From an uncultured Gammaproteobacteria bacterium (GTDB lineage: Bacteria > Pseudomonadota > Gammaproteobacteria > CAWUKA01): DNA of 64,000 bases. How positions within the stretch are numbered: position 1 is the first letter of the stretch; every line of letters begins with the position of its first letter. Below, in pieces: positions 52,935-63,972 of this stretch. The DNA lies in contig CAWUKA010000001.1 in the NCBI GenBank assembly GCA_963922965.1, positions 3,990 to 67,989 on the forward strand, written 5' to 3'. The notes beneath the pieces are model-generated. The model made no database searches, was not told the origin of the DNA, and saw nothing but the letters and a program-made list of their open reading frames with translations. A program made the position numbers and the translations under genes.

Positions 52935-53546
52935 TTACTTGCGCTTGAGTAGAAACCAGGTTTGGTTATCCCAACTCGGCTCAGCACGTTTCCATAAGAA
53001 GCCATAGTCAACCAACTCTAAATCATTTGGGTATCGATCAAGTACTTCACCAGCAAAGTCGCGTTTAAATAGTCGTTCTTGTTCGCCACGATAGCTCACT
53101 GTAGTTGGTGTTGGATTAAAATATTCACTGATCAAAATATATTTATTTGATAAATTAAATAACTTATCGTAAGTATAACTCAGTTCATTTGGGTTTAAAT
53201 GGATGAGAACACCACAAGTCATCACAAGCTCAAAACATTGGTCGCTATCAAATTCATGAATCGAGCAATTTACCGCAGTCACATAGCTGCACTCTTGCAG
53301 TTTTTCGTAAGCTGTTTTATTGATTTCAATTCCAGTGAGCTTGCTGTTCGAATTTAAGGAATGTAATGCTGCTAGATTATGCCCAGCATTAGGTCCTATT
53401 TCACAGGCTGAGTCTAATTCTCCGGTGAGTATCACTAGTTTTTTAAAAAATTTTATACGACTTGCGACATCAATGTTATTCCGTTCGATGTATTCATCAC
53501 CAAATTCACCATGCCAAAATTGTTCTTGCTCATTCATTTGCCTCAT
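52935..53546 (-). CDS. Class I SAM-dependent methyltransferase (pseudaminic-acid-biosynthesis-associated methylase-like)
   Basis: 203 aa. N-terminus FWHGEFGDEYIERNN and glycine-rich EIGPNAGHNL resemble the small methylases found in Pse/Leg clusters. Sits next to the amidotransferase trio. Confidence 0.65.
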   Translation of the reverse strand: MRQMNEQEQFWHGEFGDEYIERNNIDVASRIKFFKKLVILTGELDSACEIGPNAGHNLAALHSLNSNSKLTGIEINKTAYEKLQECSYVTAVNCSIHEFDSDQCFELVMTCGVLIHLNPNELSYTYDKLFNLSNKYILISEYFNPTPTTVSYRGEQERLFKRDFAGEVLDRYPNDLELVDYGFLWKRAEPSWDNQTWFLLKRK

Positions 53547-53548
53547 CC

Positions 53549-54283
53549 TTAATCCTTTCGATTTTGCTCAAATATTTCATTCTTTTTCAACCAACTTGGA
53601 TGTTGTGACAGTAGGTTGGTGATATCTTCTAGTGTGTAATCTGGCTTGCTCGGATACAGTGACTCGATAATAAGTTTAATTAACTCTAGATCATCTGGGT
53701 AATCCAGAGTGACGCGGATATAGCTAGTATCATCTTTATTCATGAGGTTAGCTATTTTAAATAAATGTGGATTTTGTCTCAGATAAAAGGTCACGTGTTC
53801 ACGCTCTTCAGCAGACTGCGCTCTGTGATAGAGTTTGGCTAAGCATGTTAGGCTGAAAATTTCTACATCCATGCCGCGTGGGTAACTACGGGCAAGTAAG
53901 TTGCTGGCGTAATCAAGCGTTGCTTCATTGTTGGCAAATAAATCGATGACCTTGTCAATGATATTAGGATCAATGAGTGGGCAGTCAGAGGTGACACGTA
54001 TGATCGCCTCTGCTGAAAATGCTTTGGCAGCATGGTAATAGCGAGATAGAACATTGCTATCTGAGCCTCGGAAACATTCCACGCCGTAGTCATTGCATAT
54101 ATCAATAATAATATCATCAATGGTTTTGGTACTGGTTGCGATCACAATGCAATCCGCGTGCTTGACCCGTTTTAGTTGCTCAATGTGGTAACCAATGATT
54201 GATTTCTCGCGTATTTCTTTGAGAATTTTTCCTGGCAAACGTTCTGATGAGACATGTGCTTGCGAGATGATGACTTTACGCAT
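53549..54283 (-). CDS. Cytidylyltransferase, CTP_transf_3 family (SpsF/PseF-like)
   Basis: 244 aa. N-terminal VIISQAHVSSERLPGKILKEI matches the SpsF/PseF pattern (QAR-x-S-x-RLPGK). Confidence 0.75.
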   Translation of the reverse strand: MRKVIISQAHVSSERLPGKILKEIREKSIIGYHIEQLKRVKHADCIVIATSTKTIDDIIIDICNDYGVECFRGSDSNVLSRYYHAAKAFSAEAIIRVTSDCPLIDPNIIDKVIDLFANNEATLDYASNLLARSYPRGMDVEIFSLTCLAKLYHRAQSAEEREHVTFYLRQNPHLFKIANLMNKDDTSYIRVTLDYPDDLELIKLIIESLYPSKPDYTLEDITNLLSQHPSWLKKNEIFEQNRKD

Positions 54284-54408
54284 ACATTACACCCAATCAA
54301 TACAGCTGGTGGTTAGCTGGTTGGCTCTAACCTTAAGTATAGAAAAAGTTATGCATTCGGGATGATCAATCTGGTGCAATAATGCCATTTGACCCGTTTA
54401 TATCGGTA

Positions 54409-55434
54409 CTAAAGTGCTTCAGAGTTGCGTAGCAATTGCTGAATTTGTTCTCTATCCAGCCATTCGTTATTTGAATCGCTGCTGTAGGTGAATCGATCGG
54501 GAACTGGTGTGACTTGTTGCTCAGTATAGGGTTCATCATCCCAATATTTGAACTGTGGTGTGATCATATAACTGTCTGTTAGTTCTAAAGTATTACGTGC
54601 ATCATCGGCGGTTACCATCACTTCATGCAATTTCTCGCCAGGGCGAATGCCAACAACTTCATGTGGTAACTCAGGCGCGATTGCTTTAGCGAGATCAACA
54701 ATGTTGACGCTTGGCAGTTTAGGTACAAAAATTTCACCACCTTTCATGCGGTTAAAGCAAGAGAGGACAAAATTAACCCCTGAGCCAAGCGCAATCACAA
54801 AACGTGTCATCTCTGGATCTGTGATGGTGAGATGAGTTGAGCCTTCAGCAACACATTGGCGAAAAAAGGGTACAACGCTGCCACGAGAACCGATGACATT
54901 GCCATAACGGACAACAGCAAAACGGGTTCGCCTGTGGCTGCTGAGACTATTAGCGGCGACAAAGATTTTATCCGATGCTAATTTTGACGCCCCGTATAAG
55001 TTAATTGGGTTAGCTGCTTTGTCAGTAGACAAAGCAATGACTCTATCGATATTATTGTTGATTGCGGCACGAACAACATTTTCCGCACCGTGGATATTGG
55101 TTTGGATGCACTCAAAGGGGTTATATTCAGCGGTTGGTACTTGTTTTAAGGCGGCGGCATGGACAACGAAGTCAACATCTTGCATTGCCATTTCTAACCG
55201 CGCGTAATCGCGCACGTCACCAATGAAAAAGCGGAGTACTTTTTGGTCAATCTGGCCTAACTGTTTTGCCATTTCATATTGTTTTAGCTCATCGCGTGAG
55301 AAAACAATTAGACGTTTTGGTGCGTAGCGGTCGAGTACCGATTTAATGAAGTGCTTACCGAATGAACCACTCCCACCGGTAATGAGGATCGATTTGCCAT
55401 TAAGGTCGATAGGGTTGGAATACTTTGTAATCAT
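54409..55434 (-). CDS. Nucleotide-GlcNAc 4,6-dehydratase (PseB/LegB/FlaA1 family, Polysacc_synt_2)
   Basis: 341 aa. ILITGGSGSFGKHF Rossmann motif. Catalytic YGASK. Whether it is of the inverting (PseB) or retaining (LegB) type cannot be told from sequence alone. Confidence 0.82.
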   Translation of the reverse strand: MITKYSNPIDLNGKSILITGGSGSFGKHFIKSVLDRYAPKRLIVFSRDELKQYEMAKQLGQIDQKVLRFFIGDVRDYARLEMAMQDVDFVVHAAALKQVPTAEYNPFECIQTNIHGAENVVRAAINNNIDRVIALSTDKAANPINLYGASKLASDKIFVAANSLSSHRRTRFAVVRYGNVIGSRGSVVPFFRQCVAEGSTHLTITDPEMTRFVIALGSGVNFVLSCFNRMKGGEIFVPKLPSVNIVDLAKAIAPELPHEVVGIRPGEKLHEVMVTADDARNTLELTDSYMITPQFKYWDDEPYTEQQVTPVPDRFTYSSDSNNEWLDREQIQQLLRNSEAL

Positions 55435-55548
55435 ACTTATTGGTAGTATTATTGGCGTTAACTATGAATATAGTGCAGGCTTGTCGGAATTGCTAAGTGT
55501 CAGCAGCCTGTCTTCGGATGTGTCAAATCACTACTTAAGCCAGATGTG

Positions 55549-55881
55549 CTAGCTTGATGGCGCTAGTTTTAACGCGGCTATGCGTTTATCTAACTCTAGC
55601 ACTTCTGTAGTGTCGCTTGGTGAACTTGCTGGCGGTGGGAAGATGTTGTAATATTTACCATCTTCACTGTCTATACTCACTGTACCTGGATATGCTGCTT
55701 CTGTTGGAATCGTAGCTGTAGGCTGAGCATCGGCTGCAGATGCTTGTGGTGAGTTTGACTCCTCAGCAGATTGTCGGGGCAGTGTTGCTGTACGCGTTTG
55801 TTTTGCCCTAGGTCTTCCCTCCTCCTTTCCTTCTCCCCCAAGCTCGCAAAGATTGCCTGCAATTGTTCTGCTACGTTTCAT
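55549..55881 (-). CDS. Small low-complexity (P/S/A/T-rich) hypothetical ORF in a locally GC-rich, polypyrimidine-rich patch
   Basis: 110 aa with no motif. It coincides with a GC-rich stretch (55741-55860) that is atypical for the surrounding AT-rich cluster. It may be spurious. Confidence 0.25.
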   Translation of the reverse strand: MKRSRTIAGNLCELGGEGKEEGRPRAKQTRTATLPRQSAEESNSPQASAADAQPTATIPTEAAYPGTVSIDSEDGKYYNIFPPPASSPSDTTEVLELDKRIAALKLAPSS

Positions 55882-55978
55882 AATATTGATAGCTTTAATA
55901 AGTTATAAGGTAAATACTACATAGCAGCAGTGGTGGGGACAAGCCGAAGGGCGTATTAATTTTATCTAAAACTTTTAG

Positions 55979-57131
55979 TTAGCTTTTACTGGCTAATAGC
56001 GTTTTTAGGCTAGCTAGTGCTTGTGAGAATGGTATCACTTCAATGTCATCTTGATAGTAGTAGTGCGTTTGACCACCGTAGAGTAAATAGTATTTTGCCA
56101 TTGGGTAATCAGCGGCAAAGGTTTTTATCGCTTTGAAGTCGGCTTTGTTTAAATTTGATTTTCGTTTTATTTCAAAAGCGAAAAAACTATTATTACCATA
56201 TAAGATAAAATCAACTTCGAGTTGATTTTGAGTGCGCCAATAATAAAAATTATAATCAAGTTCAAAGTAAGCATTAAGCGCCATTGCTTGTTGCAAGAAT
56301 AGTGTTTCTAACACAGCTCCTTCTAATTCTTCGGTCGAGTCCAGCACTCCTTGTGGTCTTAATGAGCGGTAGACGCCAACATCAAAAAAGTAAAATTTAG
56401 GTCGTGAAGCCATATTGCGTTTGGCACGTTTTTTAAAAATAGGAATACGGTGCGCGATTAATAAGTCTTCTAGAATATCAAAGTAATTAGCAATGGTATG
56501 ACGATTCGATGAAGTTTCTTTAGCAATACGTGTGTAATTAGTCACGTCGCCTTGTGAGAAACTTGCTACTTCTAGAAATTTGGCGAATAAATTGAGATTG
56601 CGCGTCAAACTTTCTTGTAATACTTCTTCGCGAAGATAAATTTTAACATAACTCGCTAAATAATTTTTTGGATCTTCATATGTATAAATCGAAGGCAAGT
56701 TACCAAATTGTAATGACGTTGTTAAAGAGAATTGTGCGCCAAGTTCGTAGCTCGTGAGTGGATGCATTTGCTTAGTTAAAGCACGGCCAGCTAACAGGTT
56801 AACTCCTTTTTTTCGTAATGCTCGCGCGCTAGAGCCAGTGATTATAAATTTGCTGCCCCTTGTTTCGATCAGTCGATGCACTTCATTGAGTAACAGAGGA
56901 ATTTTTTGTATCTCATCTATGATGACCCAGTCCGGTGTATTTAGCAGGAATGCGACTGGCTAAGCTGGCTGGATTTGCCAGTAAAGCTTGATACTCGTCA
57001 GTCCTTAACAGGTCAAAGGTAATAGCATCTGGCAGTAAGTGCCCTAACCAGTATGCTTTACCGTTCCTCTCGGGCCGAGCAACGATGCTATGTTTCGAAC
57101 GGGGATTCAGTTTTAATAGTCTTTCAAACAT
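55979..57131 (-). pseudogene. AAA+ ATPase of the COG1373/DUF4143 family, split by a frameshift
   Basis: An N-terminal fragment (56913..57131, carrying a degenerate P-loop RPERNGKAYWL) and a C-terminal 300-aa ORF (55979..56881). The C-terminal frame reads upstream as ...PDWVIIDEIQKIPLLLNEVHRLIETRGSKFIITGSS (Walker B), out of frame with the N-terminal part. Confidence 0.6.
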
Positions 57132-57326
57132 TGGTAAGTCTTACATGCCTAGTCTATTGAACTTAAATGATTTTTTACCTATATCTATACGAAGGCTAAA
57201 AAAACACTATATGGAACACCACTTTTTATGAAAAACGAGATCTTTATTCTCGTTTTAGTATACTATTATCCGACTGCGCGGTTGGTTAAGCGCTAGAGCG
57301 TACCAAAGAGGATAGTGAGGGAATGC

Positions 57327-59177
57327 TTACACTGTATCTATTGGTTCGAAAGCGTTGATCTGATTGCCGAATAAAGCTCTGAATTGATTGTTGGTTTGAT
57401 AAAGTTCATTGAAACTACCTTGCGCAAGACATTGACCAGCGTCAATAACCACTAACTTGTCACATAAGCGAATTGATGAGGCGCGGTGGGCGATGATGAT
57501 CAGTGTTTTGATCTTGCTAAGTTGTTGCAATGCGGCGTTAAAATCATTTTCAGTGATTGAGTCGAGCGCGTTGGTTGCTTCATCCATAATGAGAATATCT
57601 GGATCGCGATACAGTGCGCGTGCAATACCAACGCGCTGACATTGGCCGCCTGATAGGCGCATCCCATGCTCACCGACTCGTGTGTTTAACCCATCAGGTA
57701 GTTCGCTGATAAATTGATTCAGTTGTGCTGCTGCAATTGCAGCATTGAGTTTGTCAAGATCAATATTATTTTGTTCGATACCAAAAGCTATATTTGTCAT
57801 TAAGGTATCATCAAGTAAGAAAATCTTTTGCGGCACATAACCGATCAGCGACGATAGTGCGGATGTGTCCTGACTAATGTCATCATCATCAAGTATGATT
57901 TTACCTTGTTTAATCGTCAGTAAGCCAAGAATCACATTAACCAGCGTACTTTTACCAGCACCAGATAAACCAACAATGCCAAGCGAAGAGTTTTTTTCAA
58001 TCGTGAGTGAAATATCGTTTAGTGCATTCAGCCTGCTATTAGGGTATTGGTAACTCACATTTTGCAACGTTAACCGATGCTTGAAGTGAATCGATGAGTA
58101 GTGAAAATTAGCACTAAGTATTTGTTTGCTTGGTGTTGATTTGATGATGTCATGAATAATAAATACTGAAGCATGATAGCGGCGCAGTAAACCGATCGCG
58201 TTATAAATCCGAACTGATACTGGTAGTAAGCGCTGCACCGATAATGCCATCACGCTTAAAATAGGTAGTATGCTAATCAAGTTTCCGTGTGTAGCGAGAA
58301 GGTAGAGCATGATTAACACCAAGACCGCAAATGCAATGGTGTTAAGTGCGATACCTGGGGTAGCAGAAATGGTTTCAAACAGGATATTCTTTTGGTTCAA
58401 TGCCCGAACCGGCGTCATGAAACGTTCGATAAAAAAACTTTCACTGTGATGACTATTAATTTCTTTTTTGCCTTGGAGGCTTTCGGTTGCGTACTGGTGG
58501 ATATGCCTACTGAGCAGTTCGTTTTCTCTGCTGATCCGTGTGATGGCATGCTTACTATAACGGCTTATTAACGTCATGCACGCTGCAATAACCACTGTCA
58601 CTGAGATCACTAACCCAGGATCGATGCTAATCATGAGCGTCGTTAATGTTATCAAGATAAGGCCATCCGTGAGTATGGTTAAAGTTTGTTTCAATACGGA
58701 GGCAGTATAGTTGGTATCAACTAACAAATGCTTTGCATAAGTAGATGAGTTCAGATCAGTCGTTTGTTCGTAAGGTGTGTACAGAAAACACTGCAGACAG
58801 CGATGAGATAAACTGCGCGAAAAGCTGGTCGTAAATTTGCTTTGTATAATAATGTTGGTAAGCGATAGCACGCCTTTAACCAGGATCACACCAATAATAC
58901 AAAGCCCCAAAAAGATCATGAACCGATGATCAGATGAAAAATGCAATAATAAATAAATCCGCTGCAATGTTGCATTGCTATGAATCAATCCCGGCTGCGA
59001 TAAAATCTTCACATAGGGAAAAATGGCCCCGACACCAACTAGCTCAATGGCTGATAACGCTAACATGGCGAGTATCAATTGTGCGGACTGATACTTTTGT
59101 TGTTTAAGTAATAATGACCAAATCGCGCTAATGATTGACTTTGATTTAGGCTGGCTCATGCTGATTGTGTTTCTCAT
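57327..59177 (-). CDS. ABC exporter with fused transmembrane and ATP-binding domains (MsbA/type I exporter-like)
   Basis: 616 aa. An N-terminal 6-TM domain followed by an NBD with Walker A GLSGAGKST, signature LSGGQCQRVGIARAL and Walker B ILIMDEATNALD. Confidence 0.85.
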   Translation of the reverse strand: MRNTISMSQPKSKSIISAIWSLLLKQQKYQSAQLILAMLALSAIELVGVGAIFPYVKILSQPGLIHSNATLQRIYLLLHFSSDHRFMIFLGLCIIGVILVKGVLSLTNIIIQSKFTTSFSRSLSHRCLQCFLYTPYEQTTDLNSSTYAKHLLVDTNYTASVLKQTLTILTDGLILITLTTLMISIDPGLVISVTVVIAACMTLISRYSKHAITRISRENELLSRHIHQYATESLQGKKEINSHHSESFFIERFMTPVRALNQKNILFETISATPGIALNTIAFAVLVLIMLYLLATHGNLISILPILSVMALSVQRLLPVSVRIYNAIGLLRRYHASVFIIHDIIKSTPSKQILSANFHYSSIHFKHRLTLQNVSYQYPNSRLNALNDISLTIEKNSSLGIVGLSGAGKSTLVNVILGLLTIKQGKIILDDDDISQDTSALSSLIGYVPQKIFLLDDTLMTNIAFGIEQNNIDLDKLNAAIAAAQLNQFISELPDGLNTRVGEHGMRLSGGQCQRVGIARALYRDPDILIMDEATNALDSITENDFNAALQQLSKIKTLIIIAHRASSIRLCDKLVVIDAGQCLAQGSFNELYQTNNQFRALFGNQINAFEPIDTV

Positions 59178-59479
59178 TTAAACAAATTGAAGTTTAGTTT
59201 AACATTTGTGAGTTTATTTGGCTGCACAACATTGCTAGATAGCAAAATAAAAGGAAATGGCTTCCAGCATAGGTGTGACGTCCAAACACGGCTTTATAAC
59301 TGACTAATGTCCAAGTCGTAGTCAGCTGACTGTTGTTAAACCGCTGCATGAATTATCCAGTTAGCAGCAGTCTTCCGCATTCTATTGTTAATCTTACTCA
59401 GATTGTTAAGATGTGACCTAATTTAATAAATTTGATATCCCAGTCGGTATGATTAATTTACTAACAGAGAAGGAATGTC

Positions 59480-60499
59480 ATGGCTGTCAGTCAGCAGCAG
59501 AAACCACTACTCATTGCTGAGGTTGGGCAAGCGCATGATGGCTCTTTGGGTATAGCCCACGCCTACATTGATGCAGCTGTCGATGCCGGTGCTGATGTGG
59601 TGAAATTCCAAATGCATATCGCGAGTGAGGAATCCACCCTTGATGAGCGGTTCCGGGTGAACTTCAGCTATCAAGATGCAACCCGTTTTGACTACTGGCG
59701 CCGTATGGAGTTTACTGAGGCCGAGTGGCTTACATTAAAGACCCACGCTGAACAGCGTGGGTTGCAATTTTTATGTTCGGTGTTTTCGGTGGCGGCAGTG
59801 CAGCGGTTGCAACGCTTGCAAGTAACGGCTTACAAGGTTGGCTCCGGTGAAATACAATCGACTGATTTACTTGCTGCATTACTTGAGACGGGTAAACCCT
59901 TACTCATCAGTACTGGCATGTCAAATTATACTGAGATCGATGATCTGGTTAAGCAACTTGAGTTAGTAAAGGCCGATTATTTGTTGATGCAATGTACGTC
60001 TGCCTATCCGGTGCCGCTTACAGAGGTAGGTATGAATGTGATTACTGAATTTAAACAACGTTATCCGTGTCAGATTGGTTTTTCTGATCACTCTGGCTCG
60101 ATCTACCCGAGCTTGTTTGCAATGACACAAGGTGTTGCGGCAGTTGAAGTGCATGTTGTGTTTGATAAGGCGATGTTTGGTCCTGATGTTAAAGCATCAC
60201 TGACGTTTGCGGAGTTGAAAACATTAGCAGAGGCGCGAGATGCGTTTCACACCATGCAAACCAGTCCAGTTGATAAAGATAACATGGCAAGTAGCCTAGC
60301 ATCGATGCGCTCACTGTTTAATAAAAGTGTTGCACTCAGTGTAGACTTGCCTGCTGGCACCTTGCTAGATGCGAATATGTTGACACTAAAGAAGCCCGGT
60401 ACTGGTATTCCACCTGGGCATATGAGCGATATATTTGGTAGGCGCTTGAAGCATGCTGTTACTGCTGATCGTCTACTCAAAATTGAGGATTTAGAATAA
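59480..60499 (+). CDS. neuB: N-acetylneuraminate/legionaminate synthase family (NeuB/LegI/PseI)
   Basis: 339 aa. LLIAEVGQAHDGSLGIAHAYIDAAVDAGADVVKFQ TIM-barrel motif. C-terminal SAF domain. Confidence 0.88.
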   Translation: MAVSQQQKPLLIAEVGQAHDGSLGIAHAYIDAAVDAGADVVKFQMHIASEESTLDERFRVNFSYQDATRFDYWRRMEFTEAEWLTLKTHAEQRGLQFLCSVFSVAAVQRLQRLQVTAYKVGSGEIQSTDLLAALLETGKPLLISTGMSNYTEIDDLVKQLELVKADYLLMQCTSAYPVPLTEVGMNVITEFKQRYPCQIGFSDHSGSIYPSLFAMTQGVAAVEVHVVFDKAMFGPDVKASLTFAELKTLAEARDAFHTMQTSPVDKDNMASSLASMRSLFNKSVALSVDLPAGTLLDANMLTLKKPGTGIPPGHMSDIFGRRLKHAVTADRLLKIEDLE

Positions 60500-60501
60500 C
60501 T

Positions 60502-61647
60502 ATGCGAACGATTTGTGTTGTCGTCAATAGCCGTGCTAATTACGGCCGGATAAAATCAGTATTGCAAGCCATTCAAGCGCACCCTGATTTGAATTTGAAG
60601 TTGGTAGTTGGCGCATCGGCACTATTATACCGCTATGGTGCAGTGCATGAGGTGATCGAGAAAGATGGCTTTGCGATCGATGCTACCATCTACTCGATAT
60701 TAGAAGGCGAAAAGCCAACAACGATGGCTAAATCGACCGGAATGGGCATCATTGAAATATCATCAGTATTCGAGCAATTGCAGCCTGACATCGTTATCAC
60801 CGTCGCTGATCGGTTTGATACCTTGGCGACTGCAGTAGCGGCGAGCTACATGAATATTCCACTAGCACATACGCAAGGTGGTGAGGTTACTGGCTCGATT
60901 GATGAGAGCGTCCGTCATGCGATTAGTAAGCTCGCGCATATTCATTTTCCAGCAACTAAGCAAGCCGCCGAATACTTAGTCCGGATGGGTGAAGATCCGG
61001 AAACGGTACATTGGGTAGGCTGCCCAGCTATCGATGCTATTGCTAAGATTGATTTATCTTTGCCAACTAATTTTTTTAACCAGGCAGCTGGTGTTGGTGC
61101 TACACTTGATAGTGATCAGCCTTATCTCGTTGTATTGCAACATCCAGTCACGACTGAGTTTGGTCAAGGCTATCAACAAATCAAACAAACACTAGCTGCA
61201 ATTGCTGAGATTAAGATGCAAACGGTCTGGCTCTGGCCCAATGTTGATGCAGGCTCGGATGATGTATCAAAAGGATTGCGCGACTTTCGTGAAAAATATA
61301 AGCCTGATTATTTACATTTTTATCGTAATTTTCCTGTTGAGGATTATGCCCGTCTGATTAACAATTGTAGTTGTCTAATTGGTAATTCAAGTTCTGGCTT
61401 ACGTGAAGGCAGTTATCTTGGTATCCCGGTTGTTAATATTGGTACGCGCCAAGCAGGGCGTGAACATGCTAGTAACATTATGTTTGCTGATTATGTAGCT
61501 ACTGACATTCAAGCAAAGATTATGCAGCAGTTGGCACATGGGCGTTACCCCTCAGCAAACTTATTTGGTGATGGTCATGCTGCAGAGAAAATTGCCGATA
61601 TTTTAGCGAAGACACCGATCAAGATTCAAAAGAGACTACATTACTGA
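60502..61647 (+). CDS. neuC: UDP/GDP-N-acetylglucosamine 2-epimerase (hydrolysing), NeuC/LegG family
   Basis: 381 aa. N-terminus MRTICVVVNSRANYGRIKSVL is typical of hydrolysing NeuC-type 2-epimerases. Confidence 0.85.
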   Translation: MRTICVVVNSRANYGRIKSVLQAIQAHPDLNLKLVVGASALLYRYGAVHEVIEKDGFAIDATIYSILEGEKPTTMAKSTGMGIIEISSVFEQLQPDIVITVADRFDTLATAVAASYMNIPLAHTQGGEVTGSIDESVRHAISKLAHIHFPATKQAAEYLVRMGEDPETVHWVGCPAIDAIAKIDLSLPTNFFNQAAGVGATLDSDQPYLVVLQHPVTTEFGQGYQQIKQTLAAIAEIKMQTVWLWPNVDAGSDDVSKGLRDFREKYKPDYLHFYRNFPVEDYARLINNCSCLIGNSSSGLREGSYLGIPVVNIGTRQAGREHASNIMFADYVATDIQAKIMQQLAHGRYPSANLFGDGHAAEKIADILAKTPIKIQKRLHY

Positions 61648-62375
61648 TGGCTATTCGGGGTTTATCCGTTTTAGCTTTGGTGCCAGCACGTGGTGGAAGC
61701 AAAAGTATCAGCAAAAAAAATCTGTGCTTGGTAGGTGGCTTATCACTGGTTGCGCGAGTTGCGGCAGTTGTTAGCAGTATCGACTGGATCGATTTTGCTT
61801 TACTCAGCACTGATGACAAAGACATAGCGGCTGAAGGTATGCAACATGGTTTGTCAGTACCGTTTCTAAGGCCTGATAAACTTGCTCGAGATGATACTAC
61901 GGCGCTAGCAACTTGGCAGCATGACTGGCTGGCAGTAGAACGTCATTGCCAACAGCAATTCGACATTGCAATTTGGTTGCAGCCAACCAGCCCAACTCGA
62001 ATTGTTGCTGATGTTGAGATGACAGTGAATGCGCTGTTAACCAATAACTGTTTTGCAGCAGCTACCGTGAGTCGATTGCCGGGCCATTACCATCCGGAAA
62101 AAATTTTACAGATCGACGCTAATAATTATCTCGAATATTATGTCGGCGGTCAGCAAGGGAAAAGTTTGCGTCAGCAGTTAACACCTTATTATTACCGCAA
62201 TGGTCTTTGTTATGCCGCTAAACGCCAATGCATTTTGGAGTTGAACAGTATAATCGAATATCAATGTTACCCTGTTGTGATTGACAGGCCAGTTGTTAAT
62301 ATTGACGAGCCCTATGAATTAGCATTAGCCAATTGGATGACAGAAGAAGATGACAAGATCAAAGCAGCTACGTGA
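61647..62375 (+). CDS. neuA: Acylneuraminate cytidylyltransferase family (NeuA/LegF)
   Basis: 242 aa. [18 protein letters not shown], the CMP-NeuAc synthetase N-terminal motif. Confidence 0.85.
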   Translation: MAIRGLSVLALVPARGGSKSISKKNLCLVGGLSLVARVAAVVSSIDWIDFALLSTDDKDIAAEGMQHGLSVPFLRPDKLARDDTTALATWQHDWLAVERHCQQQFDIAIWLQPTSPTRIVADVEMTVNALLTNNCFAAATVSRLPGHYHPEKILQIDANNYLEYYVGGQQGKSLRQQLTPYYYRNGLCYAAKRQCILELNSIIEYQCYPVVIDRPVVNIDEPYELALANWMTEEDDKIKAAT

Positions 62376-63972
62376 TTTAATTGACTCGAACCAGCTTGAG
62401 TTTATTTTGGAAGCCCATAATGGCCTGAGTGCAAAAATTGTTGCAGAAGCTGGTTTTAAAGGCATTTGGGCCAGTGGGTTGACCATCTCAGCGCAGTTTG
62501 GTGTACGCGACAATAATGAGGCAAGTTGGACCCAGGTGCTCGAAAATGTTGAATTTATGGCTGATGCTGTTGAGTTACCAATTTTGTTAGATGGCGATAC
62601 CGGTTATGGCAATTTTAACAATATGCGTCGCTTGGTGAATAAGTTAGAGCAGCGCCAGGTTGCTGGTGTTTGTATTGAAGATAAATTATTTCCAAAAACC
62701 AATAGTTTTATCAAAGGTGATGCCCAGCCACTTGCTGATATTGACGAGTTTTGCGGCAAAATAAAAGCCGGTAAAGATGCGCAACTCGATGATGACTTTG
62801 TGATTGTCGCCCGGATTGAAGCATTTATTGCTGGCTGGGGTATTGCTGAGGCGATTAAGCGCGCTGAGGCTTATCATGCTGCTGGCGCTGATGCGATTTT
62901 AATTCATAGTGCACTTGCTGTAGCTGATGAGATTCTCGCGTTTAAGAAGGAATGGGCTAGCCATTTGCCGGTGCTCATTGTGCCAACAAAATATTATGCT
63001 ACGAGTACCGAAATTTTTCGTGAGTACGGTTTTTCGTTGGTGATTTGGGCAAATCACCTTTTGCGTTCAGCAATTAATGCGATGCAGGGTACTGCGAATA
63101 GAATATATCACGATCAAAATCTACTCGCGGTTGAGGATCAGGTTGTATCTGTTGCTGAAGTATTTCGTTTGCAAGGCGCTGACGAATTAAAGCAAGCTGA
63201 ATCATTGTATTTGCCAAAACATTATGATAGCCAATATCGTGCATTGGTGTTAGCTGCTTCACGTGGTAAAGAGATGGGCGAGTTAACCCTCGATAAGCCG
63301 AAAACAATGCTACGCATTGGCGGTAAACCTCTGTTGGCACGTATTATCGATAGTTATCGAGCGGCTGGCATCAAGCAAATTGGTGTTGTTCGCGGTTATA
63401 AAAAAGATCAGGTGAACTTGGTCGATATTGTTGCAATCGACAATGATGAGTATGATTCAACCGGTGAACTTACCTCATTAGAGAAAGGTTTAATTCATTA
63501 TAAAGACAGTGCCAGTATGCCAATGATTGTTTCATATGGTGATGTTTTATTTAGAAAATATATCGTTGAGTTACTCAAAGAATCGAAAGCAGACTTTGCA
63601 ATTGCAGTTGATGTCAATTGGCATGAGAGTCGGAATAAGAATCGTGATGCAGATTATATTACCGCTGATGTGGCTTATTCACGCTACAGTCAAGCTGATA
63701 GTATTAGCTTGCAATATATTGCAAGTGATGTTGACGAAGTGGCTATTCATGGTGAGTGGATTGGAATGCTCAAACTATCAAGTGTTGGTGTATCTGCGCT
63801 AGAAACTATTTTAGCTGAGCTGCGTCAGCAAGCAAATTACAATAATTTGCAAATGCCTGATTTGCTGAACGCCCTAGTACAACGCAATCATCAAGTTGCG
63901 GTTATTTATACGACAGGGAATTGGCTCGATATCGATAGCGTTGAAGACGCAGTATATGCGGGAGAGTTTTAA
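62350..63972 (+). CDS. Phosphoenolpyruvate phosphomutase fused to a C-terminal nucleotidyltransferase domain (Ppm-PntC-like)
   Basis: 540 aa. N-terminal ~290 aa: ICL/PEPM fold with the PEP mutase-specific motif [10 protein letters not shown] (EDKxxxxxNS) and the LDGDTGYG metal site. C-terminal ~250 aa: nucleotidyltransferase-like ([25 protein letters not shown]). Confidence 0.8.
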   Translation: MTRSKQLRDLIDSNQLEFILEAHNGLSAKIVAEAGFKGIWASGLTISAQFGVRDNNEASWTQVLENVEFMADAVELPILLDGDTGYGNFNNMRRLVNKLEQRQVAGVCIEDKLFPKTNSFIKGDAQPLADIDEFCGKIKAGKDAQLDDDFVIVARIEAFIAGWGIAEAIKRAEAYHAAGADAILIHSALAVADEILAFKKEWASHLPVLIVPTKYYATSTEIFREYGFSLVIWANHLLRSAINAMQGTANRIYHDQNLLAVEDQVVSVAEVFRLQGADELKQAESLYLPKHYDSQYRALVLAASRGKEMGELTLDKPKTMLRIGGKPLLARIIDSYRAAGIKQIGVVRGYKKDQVNLVDIVAIDNDEYDSTGELTSLEKGLIHYKDSASMPMIVSYGDVLFRKYIVELLKESKADFAIAVDVNWHESRNKNRDADYITADVAYSRYSQADSISLQYIASDVDEVAIHGEWIGMLKLSSVGVSALETILAELRQQANYNNLQMPDLLNALVQRNHQVAVIYTTGNWLDIDSVEDAVYAGEF

